Virus record (IMG/VR): IMGVR_UViG_3300030012_002072
Span: 1-64,000 of that record
Origin: a virus
DNA: 64,000 nt
Reading direction: 5' to 3' (one strand)
The notes under the pieces are model-generated. The model searched no databases and was not told where the DNA came from. It saw only the letters and a program-made list of their open reading frames with translations. Positions 10,102 through 20,282 of this stretch are shown here, piece after piece. A program made the position numbers and the translations under genes. Position 1 is the first letter of the stretch; every line of letters begins with the position of its first letter.

Positions 10102-10969
10102 ATTAGAAGCTCTCAGCATTAACGAAGAAGTAGGTGATATTGTCACTCACTGGATGAAGTCAGGTTCTGCCTTTAGACCTTCTGGAGATTTATTAAAATT
10201 AAATGAATTTGGTAAGAAACTTCTGCCAAAATCTCACAGAGGTTTACCATTTGAGTATGACATATGGTTTAACACAAACGAGAACTATACCATACGAAAA
10301 TGGCTCTACACAGATTTTATGGGAAAGGGATTATACTTTCGAGTTCCTTCCATAAAGATTAATAATAAACTGTTCAAGGCAATTGTTAATTCCGACATAA
10401 AGATAGACGAGGAAAGAGTTGCCAAAGTGATGGATAATTTGCAGAACAAATATTATCTACATCCTAGTAACAAATTTTATGAAAAAGTAATATTTTTACC
10501 AGGAAGCAACTTATTATGCAAAACTGACTGTATAGACATTCAAAGATGTGATAAATTAATTAAAGAAGGATATATAATAAAACCACATCCTATAACTGCT
10601 CCTATTTTTATTGCAGAACTAAAAGCAAGATACGGAGATGATAAAGTTTTAGGAAAGAAAGAAGGTGGTCATGAACTTCTTTTAAATGCTAGTGAAATAG
10701 GTACTGCACAAAATAGTGAAATGGGTATCACAGCTTTTCTACTAGGTAAGAAAGTACAAATGGTTTCTCACCCTGTAAAGAGGAGAGAGAAAAGATTACT
10801 TACCTATGAAAGTTTTTATGATGCAGTAGCTGGCACAAATGCAAAAGAAACAATACTAAAATTGTTCTCAGCAAAAAATTCAGGGATAATATTTAACTTT
10901 GATGAGGACGCAGACGAAAGACTAGAAAGGTATCTAGCAAACTTTTGGGAATATGAAATAAAATTATGA
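10082..10969 (+). CDS. GT-B glycosyltransferase-like protein (KpsS/KpsC-like)
   Basis: YIIKPHP and NSEMGITAFLLGKKV match the KxHP / NS.xG.EA...GK.V pattern. Confidence 0.55.
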   Translation: MVKPKNKLEALSINEEVGDIVTHWMKSGSAFRPSGDLLKLNEFGKKLLPKSHRGLPFEYDIWFNTNENYTIRKWLYTDFMGKGLYFRVPSIKINNKLFKAIVNSDIKIDEERVAKVMDNLQNKYYLHPSNKFYEKVIFLPGSNLLCKTDCIDIQRCDKLIKEGYIIKPHPITAPIFIAELKARYGDDKVLGKKEGGHELLLNASEIGTAQNSEMGITAFLLGKKVQMVSHPVKRREKRLLTYESFYDAVAGTNAKETILKLFSAKNSGIIFNFDEDADERLERYLANFWEYEIKL

Positions 10970-11907
10970 TAGAGATATTACACGAATACAAAAAAGACTG
11001 GAGTATGTTTACTCTTGCGTCTTTGCTCGATAAGTCTAGAGATTTTAGACTACATCTCTATGTGCATGAAGATGACTGGGCAGACGCGCCTATAGATTGG
11101 GTTATTGCTAATTTTGATGAAGTAAAAATTTATCAAAGTTGGTGGAGAACAGAAAACTCAGCAAAAATGTTATGCCACTACAAAAATTGGTGGAAAGATA
11201 AAATACCAAGTTCTAACAAAAGAATATTGGTAGCAAATGGAAATAAAATTTTTCTAAGAGAAATTGTTCAAGGTAATATACCTGAGGAAAGTTTTTTCAT
11301 GAAAAGTTTATCATTTATTTCGCACAAGCATAGATTTAAAGACCACCCAAATTATAAAACTTTCTATGGAAGAATAGGCGTTCCAACAATTGAAAACGCT
11401 GCAAATCAATTAGACCCAGAGATGATAGTTCTAAATTGGGATGTATTAAAGAATTTCAAAGATGAAGATTTATTTATGCCTGCCAATGACTTACCTAGAG
11501 ATTTCTATAACCTTGACGCAAGAATAGACGCTTGTACTAATCTTGCTCTAATGAAAAATTTAATGTTATTTAAGCACAGTAAAATGCCACTATATATGAA
11601 TGGTACAACTGATGACTTAATTGAGAAAGATTGTTTAGGATTAAAAGAAGTAGCAGATTATAATAATATGCTTAGAAAAGGTTATATGCTTAGTGTTCAA
11701 CATAAGTGGGCAATGAGAGATTATACACTTACTCCTATAAGTGTTCAGTTAGGCATGCCTTGGGATTGTTATACTCGTTTAATTGATAAAATACCTATGC
11801 AATGGAGAAATGCAAGATTGAATGAAAGGTTGTTGCAAAAAGCGAATAAACAGAAAGCTACTCTTGGAAAGTTATTACAAACTGGATTTAAGTTAGGTAA
11901 ATTATAA
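10966..11907 (+). CDS. Hypothetical, possible divergent GT-A glycosyltransferase
   Basis: TLASLL..FRLHLYV N-terminus resembles GT8; no clear DxD. Confidence 0.35.
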   Translation: MIEILHEYKKDWSMFTLASLLDKSRDFRLHLYVHEDDWADAPIDWVIANFDEVKIYQSWWRTENSAKMLCHYKNWWKDKIPSSNKRILVANGNKIFLREIVQGNIPEESFFMKSLSFISHKHRFKDHPNYKTFYGRIGVPTIENAANQLDPEMIVLNWDVLKNFKDEDLFMPANDLPRDFYNLDARIDACTNLALMKNLMLFKHSKMPLYMNGTTDDLIEKDCLGLKEVADYNNMLRKGYMLSVQHKWAMRDYTLTPISVQLGMPWDCYTRLIDKIPMQWRNARLNERLLQKANKQKATLGKLLQTGFKLGKL

Positions 11908-12543
11908 TATTTCTTCTTTTAGGTCTGACAAGATTTTCCACTCTAGTAATCCCCTATCTCGCATTTCAAGTACAAGCTCTTTTTCCTTTTTAGAATGAAT
12001 CTCAATCTTTTGACTACTAACTGGCATATGCCAACTAGTCGGATTGTTTTTCCCTGTTTTAAAAGGTAACTTCTTAGAAAAGAAATCAAAACCTATCAAA
12101 GTAATACTCTTACAGTTACATTTTCTTAAAAAGAATAATATTGCAACAAATCCTTGTGAAGGTCTCCAGCCAACTGGCTCATTGGGAATCACTCCTAAAG
12201 TCTCATGAATATCTATAATCTCTTCATCTGAGAACATATCAATATACTCAAAATCTTCAGGTATCTTTTCTCTAGGTGGTTTGTCCATATGAATACGACT
12301 ACGATTTAATAAATTAACACAGTTAAAAAACTTTCTACAGTTTACACGAAGAAATCCTGTAACCCATATATCTGTTCTCTTACCTAAACTTGCTTTATAA
12401 TCGTAAGGCATACCTCTTCCAAAACGAACAATAGTATCAAAAGATTCTATGTAATCTCCATATTGATATTGTAGAATCTCAACTGAGTTTCCTACTAATA
12501 TTAATCTTTTTCCTTCTGTAACTTTTTGTAAATTTGTTTCCAT
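11902..12543 (-). CDS. GT29 sialyltransferase-like protein
   Basis: Sialylmotif L-like LVGNS..IESFDTIVRFG..LGKRTD and S-like PSQGF..ITLIGFD. Confidence 0.7.
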   Translation of the reverse strand: METNLQKVTEGKRLILVGNSVEILQYQYGDYIESFDTIVRFGRGMPYDYKASLGKRTDIWVTGFLRVNCRKFFNCVNLLNRSRIHMDKPPREKIPEDFEYIDMFSDEEIIDIHETLGVIPNEPVGWRPSQGFVAILFFLRKCNCKSITLIGFDFFSKKLPFKTGKNNPTSWHMPVSSQKIEIHSKKEKELVLEMRDRGLLEWKILSDLKEEIL

Positions 12544-13157
12544 TCGTTTGAATATAGTATGTTATCGTGGATATTGTGCCATGGTCCGCCATCGGTGAAA
12601 TGGACTGCTTTTGGACTCTTGAAGTCATAATAATTAACCATAGCATTGTATTCTGCGGGAATGTCGCCGATTGATTCTGCCCATTCCATTTCATGTAAAT
12701 CACTCGCAGGTGCATGATTTACATACTCTAAAGTAAGTGTTTGACAATCAATATTATTAAACCACATTAGAGATGACCAATATTTTTTAGGATAAGCAAG
12801 ATTTATTTTATTATTCATCTTTATATCTGGTACTAAAAACTGTGGGTGTTTTACACAATATACATCGTGGTCTGTATCTGTAACTTCTACTATTTCTTGT
12901 GGGTCACATTTCCACATAAAATCACTATCACAAAATAACGCACACCCTTGGTACATTGAAAGATAAGGAACTAGAAACCGTGTAAAAGCAAACTCTGTGC
13001 TTTCATTTTGGTACGGTCTCCAGTATAATCCTTCTCTTTCTAATTCTTCTTTTACAAGAGGTCTGATATCATGTCTACGAGTGTATCTTTCTATAGATGC
13101 TTTACACACCTCATACGCCTCATGTTGTTTTGAATCATACCCAATGTAAATTATCAT
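12501..13157 (-). CDS. GT8-like glycosyltransferase
   Basis: IYIGYD, STEFAFTRFLVP, ALFCDSD, HFTDGGPW. Confidence 0.8.
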   Translation of the reverse strand: MIIYIGYDSKQHEAYEVCKASIERYTRRHDIRPLVKEELEREGLYWRPYQNESTEFAFTRFLVPYLSMYQGCALFCDSDFMWKCDPQEIVEVTDTDHDVYCVKHPQFLVPDIKMNNKINLAYPKKYWSSLMWFNNIDCQTLTLEYVNHAPASDLHEMEWAESIGDIPAEYNAMVNYYDFKSPKAVHFTDGGPWHNIHDNILYSNEWKQIYKKLQKEKD

Positions 13158-13345
13158 GACTTAAGTCTTTCTCCTAAATCATTTACATAGGCTTGTCGAG
13201 CAGTCTTTACAGCGGCAAGTTCATTCTGAAGTTCTATTGTTTTAACATCACAAAATTTAACTGCTTGTACTAAAGACCTTTGCTCATTGTCCATGTTTTC
13301 GATAAGATATTCTTTCTCATCTATAGTTATAGTTTCTGAACTCAT
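13154..13345 (-). CDS. Hypothetical coiled-coil protein
   Basis: Coupled ORF; ITIDEKEY...TARQAY. Confidence 0.6.
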   Translation of the reverse strand: MSSETITIDEKEYLIENMDNEQRSLVQAVKFCDVKTIELQNELAAVKTARQAYVNDLGERLKS

Positions 13346-14301
13346 TTAAAAACATCCTGCCAATTTCCTTGTGTACTAGCCTTAGCATACTCGGTAGCAC
13401 GGTTTTCGAAAAAGTTGGTATGCTCAACCGCATTTATCTGCATATCAATCCATGGAAGCGGATTTTCAGTGCTATGGAATATTGCTTTCATACCAAGACC
13501 GAGTAATCGTCTATCGGCGATGTATCTTATGTATTCTTTCACTTCTCTTGCTGTTAAATCAGGTATGTCTGCTTTATCAAAACAAACATCAATAAATTTA
13601 TCTTCTAATTCAACAACGCGTTCCGCTGCACAATATATCTCATATTTTAGTTTATCTGTCCATATATCTGGATTTTCTGCAATAAAAGTTCTAAAGAGTT
13701 TTGATAGTCCTTCAACATGAAGGGACTCGTCTCTTATAGACCATGTTACTATCTGCCCCATACCTTTCATAAGGTTATGTCTAGGATAGTTTAGAAGTAT
13801 AGCAAAACTACTAAATAGTTGTACTCCTTCTGTAAATCCACTATAAACTGCCATTGTTTTTGCCATTTCATGTGGACTGTTCATATTAAAGTCAGTAAGA
13901 TACTCATGCTTTTCTGACATAGCTTGTATATCAAAAAACTCTTGATACATATCATCTGACTTACCTAAAGTTTCTAATAGTAAAGAGTATGCTTCTTGGT
14001 GAACTGCTTCCATAGCAGCATAGCTCACTAACATCATTCTTACTTCAGGTTGTTTGAATGTTGGTAGATAATGCTTTGCATATCCACAACATACATCAAC
14101 ATCAGCTTGGGTAAAGAACTTAAATATATTATCTATAAGTGTTCTTTCTCCGTCTGATAATTTTTGGTTATAATCCTTGATGTCATCTTGTAGTGGCACT
14201 TCATCAGGTAGCCAATGCATTTGCTGTTGTTTTTTGTAAAACTCAAATGCCCAAGGATAAACAAAAGGTTTATAATATTCTCTTTCTTCTAATAAATTCA
14301 T
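13342..14301 (-). CDS. nrdB: Ribonucleotide reductase class Ia beta subunit
   Basis: EAVHQEAY, EGVQLFSSF, RDESLH, NFFE motifs. Confidence 0.95.
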   Translation of the reverse strand: MNLLEEREYYKPFVYPWAFEFYKKQQQMHWLPDEVPLQDDIKDYNQKLSDGERTLIDNIFKFFTQADVDVCCGYAKHYLPTFKQPEVRMMLVSYAAMEAVHQEAYSLLLETLGKSDDMYQEFFDIQAMSEKHEYLTDFNMNSPHEMAKTMAVYSGFTEGVQLFSSFAILLNYPRHNLMKGMGQIVTWSIRDESLHVEGLSKLFRTFIAENPDIWTDKLKYEIYCAAERVVELEDKFIDVCFDKADIPDLTAREVKEYIRYIADRRLLGLGMKAIFHSTENPLPWIDMQINAVEHTNFFENRATEYAKASTQGNWQDVFK

Positions 14302-16077
14302 TTAGCCCTCGCAACTTAAACAATCTTGTTGTTCAAAGATTATTTCTCTCTTTGCCTGAGAAGTTACATTATCAGCACGGCTAATAGCTTCACTCCTAAG
14401 GTAATATAATGTTTTTAAATTCTTTGCCCAAGCCAACATATGAACATTGTGTAAGTCACCTTTGTTCACATCTGGTGGGAAGAATAAGTTTACACTTTGT
14501 GACTGACATATAAAAGGTTGTCTAACTGCAGCATGCTCAACTACCCACGATTGGTTAATTTCAACAGCTGTTTTAAATACATCTTTCTCCCAGTCATCTA
14601 GTAAATCTAAGTGTTGTACACTTCCTTTGTTTGCAACTATACTTTTCCAAGTTTCTTCGTATGTTGGTAAATGTCCTATTTTCTGCATTAGAAGTCTATC
14701 TAAGAATTTATTTTTAACTAGATTACTTCCTGTTTTGGTTTTCTGAGTATAGGCATTTGCTCTAAACGGTTCAATACTTGGTGAAGTATTACCACAAATA
14801 ATACTAGAACTTGCATTAGGAGCGATAGCTAGTAAGTGAGCATTTCGCACAGAAGCAGTATCATCATCAGGACATGCCCCTCTTTCTACTGCAAGTTGTC
14901 TAGTAGTTTGTTCTGCGTTTGACTTTATAAAATCAAACATTTCTATATTAACAGAATTAGCCATTCCACTTTCAAATGGTATACTGTTCTTTTGTAAATA
15001 GGCATGGAATCCCATTGCTCCAAGTCCAATGCTTCTCTCCCTCATAGCACTAAACTTAGCTTTTTCTAATTGACTTGGTGCATTCTCGATAAATGAATCT
15101 AATACATTATCAAGCATACGAATCAAGTCAGGAACAAATGAACCATGAGTTTTCCACTCGTCATAATATTCCAAATTCACACTAGAAAGACAACATACTG
15201 CTGTTCTTTCTTCATCTGTAGCAAGAGTTATTTCACTACAAAGATTACTGTGATGTACCTTTAATCCTTTTCGTTTTTGGAAGTCTGGTAAATCATTATT
15301 TACTGCATCCTCAAACATTAGATAAGGCTCTCCTGTTTCCATTCTATTCTGTAGAATTTTTACCCACAAAGCTCTAGCACTTACTGTTTTAGTGACTCGT
15401 CCGCTATGAGGGTCAATAAGAGGCCAGCTATCATCGAAATTATCAAACTTGGTAGCACTGTGAATGAGTTCCATAAACTCATCTGGAACAACCACAGCAT
15501 GATGTAAATTAAGGCACTTACGATTGGTGTCACCACCAGTAGGTTTCCTAACATCTAAAAACTCCTCTATTTCGGGGTGGCTCATATGTAGATACCCAGC
15601 GTATGAACCCCGTCTTGTCACACCCTGACTAAATGCTAACATTTCTGCATCTACAACTTTTACAAAAGGTATTACTCCAGTAGACTCTGAGCCTTTCGAT
15701 GTCTTAGTTCCTACAGAACGAACATCACTCCAAGTTCCTCCGATACCACCACCAAAACTACTTAGAAAAGCATTTTCAGTAAAATGGTCTGTAATACCCT
15801 CTCTACTATCATCAACATAATTAAGAAAACAACTAATTGGTAAGCCTCTTCTTGTACCACCATTAGATAGTACGGGAGTTGCAAACATAAACCATAGTTT
15901 ACTTACATAATCATATAAACGCTGTGCATGGTCATCGTCATCTGCAAATGTTTCTGCAGCACGAGCAAATGCTTCCTGAGGTGATGTTTCACCTGGAATC
16001 ATGTATCTATCTTTTAAAGTTGCTATTGCAAATTCGCCAAGCAACTCATCTCTACTATAATCTATCTTCACTGACAT
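14302..16077 (-). CDS. nrdA: Ribonucleotide reductase class Ia alpha subunit
   Basis: ATPVLSN, SNLCSEI, AIAPNASSS, KTLYY. Confidence 0.95.
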   Translation of the reverse strand: MSVKIDYSRDELLGEFAIATLKDRYMIPGETSPQEAFARAAETFADDDDHAQRLYDYVSKLWFMFATPVLSNGGTRRGLPISCFLNYVDDSREGITDHFTENAFLSSFGGGIGGTWSDVRSVGTKTSKGSESTGVIPFVKVVDAEMLAFSQGVTRRGSYAGYLHMSHPEIEEFLDVRKPTGGDTNRKCLNLHHAVVVPDEFMELIHSATKFDNFDDSWPLIDPHSGRVTKTVSARALWVKILQNRMETGEPYLMFEDAVNNDLPDFQKRKGLKVHHSNLCSEITLATDEERTAVCCLSSVNLEYYDEWKTHGSFVPDLIRMLDNVLDSFIENAPSQLEKAKFSAMRERSIGLGAMGFHAYLQKNSIPFESGMANSVNIEMFDFIKSNAEQTTRQLAVERGACPDDDTASVRNAHLLAIAPNASSSIICGNTSPSIEPFRANAYTQKTKTGSNLVKNKFLDRLLMQKIGHLPTYEETWKSIVANKGSVQHLDLLDDWEKDVFKTAVEINQSWVVEHAAVRQPFICQSQSVNLFFPPDVNKGDLHNVHMLAWAKNLKTLYYLRSEAISRADNVTSQAKREIIFEQQDCLSCEG

Positions 16078-16912
16078 AATTATCCACCAATTTTGTTATT
16101 TCCTCTCCATGTCCTAGCAATGCGCCATCGACATCATATGTTAAATCCATAAGTTTGATACCGATTTCTAATCCATCACTTCCAAACTCATTTAAGTTCT
16201 GAATGTATTTATATCTTCCATCGATAGGCAAACTTGCCATAATATCAAAAACATCTCCATACTGTTCGATTAATTGAGTTGCACGCTTTGGCCCAACTCC
16301 ATCAACTCCTGGAACATTATCTCCTTTATCTCCTGTTAAGCACTTATAAGTAAGAAAGTACTCAGGGTCAAAGTCATAGTGTTCATCCCAGTTATGAACT
16401 GTTGTTTCTTTTCTTGTGACAGTCGAAAAACGACTGACTTTATCATTGACTAGTAAATCCCAGTCTTTATCTGATGATATTAACCATATTTCATCTATAC
16501 CTAAGTCTTCTCTTTGACTACAGATATAAGCTGCTATATCATCTGCTTCTACGCCTTGATACTTAAGTGTAAGATATCCCTTACTCTTAAGAGTATTCAT
16601 GGTCGTTTGGAACTCCGCTAAGAACTCTAAAAACTCTTGTTCTTCTTCGGGAGTTTGTTCTGCATATCGTTCTTTACGATTTGCTTTGTACTCTGGATAG
16701 ATTTCTTTACGATAGTTACTACCGCCGTCACCTAAGACTACTATCTCTCCACAGTTGTAGGACTTTGCCAAGGATTGAACTGTTCTAACATAATCATGTT
16801 CGAAGTCGTTGCGTCCTTGATGTTTCCATCGAAAAGCCAGATTGAGTCCATCAACAATCAATAAGTTCCCATTCGGGATCGGCTTTCCATGGCTCGTAAA
16901 TTGTATCGCCAT
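16055..16912 (-). CDS. 5'-3' exonuclease/flap endonuclease (T5 D15-like)
   Basis: VDGLNLAFR, YKANR, EADD, GDKGDNVPGVDGVGPK. Confidence 0.92.
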   Translation of the reverse strand: MAIQFTSHGKPIPNGNLLIVDGLNLAFRWKHQGRNDFEHDYVRTVQSLAKSYNCGEIVVLGDGGSNYRKEIYPEYKANRKERYAEQTPEEEQEFLEFLAEFQTTMNTLKSKGYLTLKYQGVEADDIAAYICSQREDLGIDEIWLISSDKDWDLLVNDKVSRFSTVTRKETTVHNWDEHYDFDPEYFLTYKCLTGDKGDNVPGVDGVGPKRATQLIEQYGDVFDIMASLPIDGRYKYIQNLNEFGSDGLEIGIKLMDLTYDVDGALLGHGEEITKLVDNYVSEDRL

Positions 16913-17339
16913 TTGTAAATTCTATTTCCTCGGTTTCTAAAAATTTTTCGGCAAAGGTAACATAGCACCCTAGCCAGTTTATATACATATGTTTTTTGTA
17001 CTGTGGCTTTCTTGTCGTTGCCACATACCATTGAGAGTGGTTTTCTTTGAAAATAAGCAAAGGTTCTTGTTCCATTTGTTCTGCTTGTTTACAAAGTTTA
17101 GACCACCACCCAACAAAGGTATTACTTTTTTGAGTGAAGATTTTATGGTTAAAAGCCATATCACGATAGAACTTAACTTCTATTGTAAATATGTTATGCT
17201 TGTGTGGTATATAAAGGTCTCCTTTAATTTTACCACTACCACTACCTGGAGTCTGCGTGAAGGTTAGACCTGTATGTCTATGGAGCATGCCAGCGACTTT
17301 TAATTCTGCGTCATGTCCTTTCCTTCTTGAATTAACCAA
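16851..17339 (-). CDS. PD-(D/E)XK endonuclease/resolvase (T5 D14-like)
   Basis: NSRRKG..E, PGSG, KGD, IEVK; synteny with D15. Confidence 0.8.
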   Translation of the reverse strand: MVNSRRKGHDAELKVAGMLHRHTGLTFTQTPGSGSGKIKGDLYIPHKHNIFTIEVKFYRDMAFNHKIFTQKSNTFVGWWSKLCKQAEQMEQEPLLIFKENHSQWYVATTRKPQYKKHMYINWLGCYVTFAEKFLETEEIEFTNGDTIYEPWKADPEWELIDC

Positions 17340-17559
17340 TCAACTTCTCCAGTTCTGTGTAACCTCCAATCTTCTCGCCATCTACCACTATCTGTGGAAA
17401 TGTACGAGCACCAGGGAATAATTCCCTAACATCAGCAGCAAGATAATCCTTGCCCATCATTTTATACTGTACTTCAGTTACTTCATCCGCCATGTCAGCT
17501 AAGAACTTAGCTTTTGTACAATACGGACAGTTTGGTATGCTGTAGATTTCTACTTTCAT
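17332..17559 (-). CDS. Glutaredoxin
   Basis: CPYC, TFPQI, IGGY. Confidence 0.92.
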   Translation of the reverse strand: MKVEIYSIPNCPYCTKAKFLADMADEVTEVQYKMMGKDYLAADVRELFPGARTFPQIVVDGEKIGGYTELEKLIG

Positions 17560-18002
17560 TCCATTGTCTCCTCAATAAATTTTCCTATTGTTTCTATTTC
17601 TTGTTCTGAGAGCATAGCTGCTTGAGCCCACATTGTAGAACTCATGCTTCCAACCTCTCCTCTGTTTTTGTATACAGTTAATCTGTCAATTATATACTCA
17701 GAACTTTGTCCTGCCAGTTTAGGAAATACTGCCATACCCTGTCCTTCATTACCGTGACAAGCTGCACAACCAGCCCATAGACTTCTAATAGAACTGAAAG
17801 GGTCACCTTCAGCGGCTGCTTTCTTTCTTTGCTCTATCTGTGCAGGTGTGCCATGTATTTTAACATATTCTGCATAGCACTCTCCTGTGCAAGAGTGTGC
17901 ACTATCATATCCTTTATAATCTAGGCTACTATAAGCAAATGTTATAGTTCCTATCATAAATGCTGTTATTGATATAACATATCCTTTCACTCGTCTCTCC
18001 AA
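17556..18002 (-). CDS. Membrane-anchored c-type cytochrome (c553/c4-like)
   Basis: N-terminal TM; CAACHG; FPKLAGQ; distal Met candidate in TMWAQA. Confidence 0.85.
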   Translation of the reverse strand: MERRVKGYVISITAFMIGTITFAYSSLDYKGYDSAHSCTGECYAEYVKIHGTPAQIEQRKKAAAEGDPFSSIRSLWAGCAACHGNEGQGMAVFPKLAGQSSEYIIDRLTVYKNRGEVGSMSSTMWAQAAMLSEQEIETIGKFIEETME

Positions 18003-18289
18003 TTTTTAAGCCATTGGGCTCCGTCTCTTTCTGCGTCTAAGAATACTGCATTTGTAAATGCAACAGGTAATATTACTGCTATGTGTACAATTATACTTGT
18101 TAATGTACTATACCCTAGCCATCCCATATAAAATGAGGCAACAAAGCCAAAGTACACACTCCACATAACAAATAATACTAATGTAAAATAAGTTTGTAAA
18201 CTTGGGTCGGCAATATGTCTAAGTGGATTATATCTATTATCCATTACTAATCTCCAAGAATCAACTATAAATAAAATAAGTTTTTTCAT
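17987..18289 (-). CDS. Membrane protein
   Basis: Two hydrophobic segments; YNPLRHI. Confidence 0.65.
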   Translation of the reverse strand: MKKLILFIVDSWRLVMDNRYNPLRHIADPSLQTYFTLVLFVMWSVYFGFVASFYMGWLGYSTLTSIIVHIAVILPVAFTNAVFLDAERDGAQWLKNWRDE

Positions 18290-18480
18290 ACTGCTAGTCC
18301 TATTAAGTAAAATGCCGCCAGCATACAGCCGAAAACAAATACCTGAACGAAAGCCATAAAAGCTACGAAAGGTATTTGTCTATCTCCATACCAATCAAGT
18401 TCCTCTTTTCGCCACTTCTCAAATTCTTCAGGAGTAGCGTCTTTAGGTTTGTTTAGTAATAACTCTAACTGCTGAGGCAT
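18286..18480 (-). CDS. Small membrane protein
   Basis: C-terminal TM helix; coupled ORF. Confidence 0.55.
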   Translation of the reverse strand: MPQQLELLLNKPKDATPEEFEKWRKEELDWYGDRQIPFVAFMAFVQVFVFGCMLAAFYLIGLAV

Positions 18481-20282
18481 GATATATTATCTTCTTTAAT
18501 TATTTCTATTTTTTCAAGTAGTGGGTGAGTCCAACCGTGAGAAACTAAATATGTATTTAGATTTTCTTCTTTCAGCAGGACTTCAACCACTTTTTCTTTT
18601 CCTTGTTCATCTAATGCTTGATTAACTTCGTCAAGGAAAAGAACATTAATTTGACTTCTACTTATAGAAGTCATTAGCTTTCTAATGGCAACTAGAGTAG
18701 CAATATTTACTCTCGCTAGTTCCCCACTTGAAAGCGCAAGAATATCAATAATGTTTCCATTATCTGATACTTCTACATTGAGTTTGTCGTTTTCTACAAC
18801 AAAATTGATACTGAACCTGCCGTCACTAAACTCTGCAAGATATTCGTTGGTAAGTATCTCTAGTTCTTTGACAAGGGATTCGATTTTGTACGCGAGTAAA
18901 CCGTTTGTACTAAATGCTTTTTTAAGTATTTCAAGTACCGTAAGTTTGTCTTCTGCACTCTGTAATCCATTTTCGAGTGATACCAACTGCTCTTGAAACT
19001 GTGCAGTTTGTTCCTGTATGATACCAATTCTAGTATTATGTCGTTCCCTTCGTTCATTTTCTTCTACGACCTCCGAAAGAGCTTGCCTAGTAGTGGCAAT
19101 CTTCTCACGAAGCGTTTGAATCTGATTTTCCAACTCTTCTCCGTTAATGACTTGTGAAGGGAGTTCGTTGTCGATACTGCGGTAGATATCTTCCCAAGAT
19201 TTGATGTTTTTGGTTGCTTCCCTATGTATTTCATTTTGCTCCTCTATTTGTTGCAGTCTTTCTCTATCTTTATCTGCAAACTTCTGACATTGTTGTATTC
19301 TTTCTTCATGCTCTTTTATCATATTACTTACGAAAACTTGGTCAATGTCTCCATCGCAAGTAGGACAAGTAGCATTTTCCATACCCGCTAGGGTTTGGTA
19401 TTTTTCTAGCATCTTTTCCTCGTGCATTTGTTCTGACTTCCAAGACCCTAATCCTGTAAGATAACTAGAAGTGTCAAGAAGTTCTGGATGCTCTGCTAAT
19501 AATCTTTTGTTTTCGTGCAGGTCTATTGTTTTTAACTGCTCTTTCAGATGATTATTAGTATTTATATTTTTATTCTTCTGAGAGATATTTTCAAATTCTA
19601 TCTGTAAAGAACTTAAAGACTTCTCATCTTCTTCTGACTGAAATGGTAAATCCATCTTCTCAAGTAGTCTAGTATCTTCTAAAAAATTATCCTCGAGCCA
19701 TTTTTCAATTGTTGCAATTTTCGCGTTGCTTGTAGTAATATCACTTGAAGCTACGCGTACTGCTTCTTTGAAAGTCTCAAAGAACGATACATATTCGTCT
19801 AATTTTAATAGGTCAATCAGGAACTTTTTCCTGTTTGTGTCTGTCGCTGTCAGAAATTGTAAAGACGCATTAGTATTCTGATATACTAATTGACTGAATG
19901 TTTTGAAGTCTATACCTAAAACTTCTCCCAAAGTTTTGTAAGTATTCGATGCGGTATGAGAACTTATGTCCTCTCCGTTCTTTGTAAGTTTACACTTTAG
20001 TGTAGACCTACGACTAACAGAAATGCAGTAAGCATCGTTATCGACACTAAATTCAAGAGAGATATCATATCCCTTATTAACATATCTGTTTGCAATGTCT
20101 GCCTTTTTAACATTTTTACTATTCTTATTAAATAAAACTTCCTCTAATATTAATGGTATAGAGGATTTACCAACTCCATTAGTTCCAACTAATTGTGTAA
20201 GTGTGTCAGATGATAAATCTAACTCATTGTTTGCTCCATACGAGAAACAATTATCCCACTTCAGTTTTTGTAGAATAATCAT
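18465..20282 (-). CDS. SbcC/Rad50-like ATPase (T5 D13-like)
   Basis: GTNGVGKS, CPTC hook, LSSGE, FLDE. Confidence 0.92.
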   Translation of the reverse strand: MIILQKLKWDNCFSYGANNELDLSSDTLTQLVGTNGVGKSSIPLILEEVLFNKNSKNVKKADIANRYVNKGYDISLEFSVDNDAYCISVSRRSTLKCKLTKNGEDISSHTASNTYKTLGEVLGIDFKTFSQLVYQNTNASLQFLTATDTNRKKFLIDLLKLDEYVSFFETFKEAVRVASSDITTSNAKIATIEKWLEDNFLEDTRLLEKMDLPFQSEEDEKSLSSLQIEFENISQKNKNINTNNHLKEQLKTIDLHENKRLLAEHPELLDTSSYLTGLGSWKSEQMHEEKMLEKYQTLAGMENATCPTCDGDIDQVFVSNMIKEHEERIQQCQKFADKDRERLQQIEEQNEIHREATKNIKSWEDIYRSIDNELPSQVINGEELENQIQTLREKIATTRQALSEVVEENERRERHNTRIGIIQEQTAQFQEQLVSLENGLQSAEDKLTVLEILKKAFSTNGLLAYKIESLVKELEILTNEYLAEFSDGRFSINFVVENDKLNVEVSDNGNIIDILALSSGELARVNIATLVAIRKLMTSISRSQINVLFLDEVNQALDEQGKEKVVEVLLKEENLNTYLVSHGWTHPLLEKIEIIKEDNISCLSS

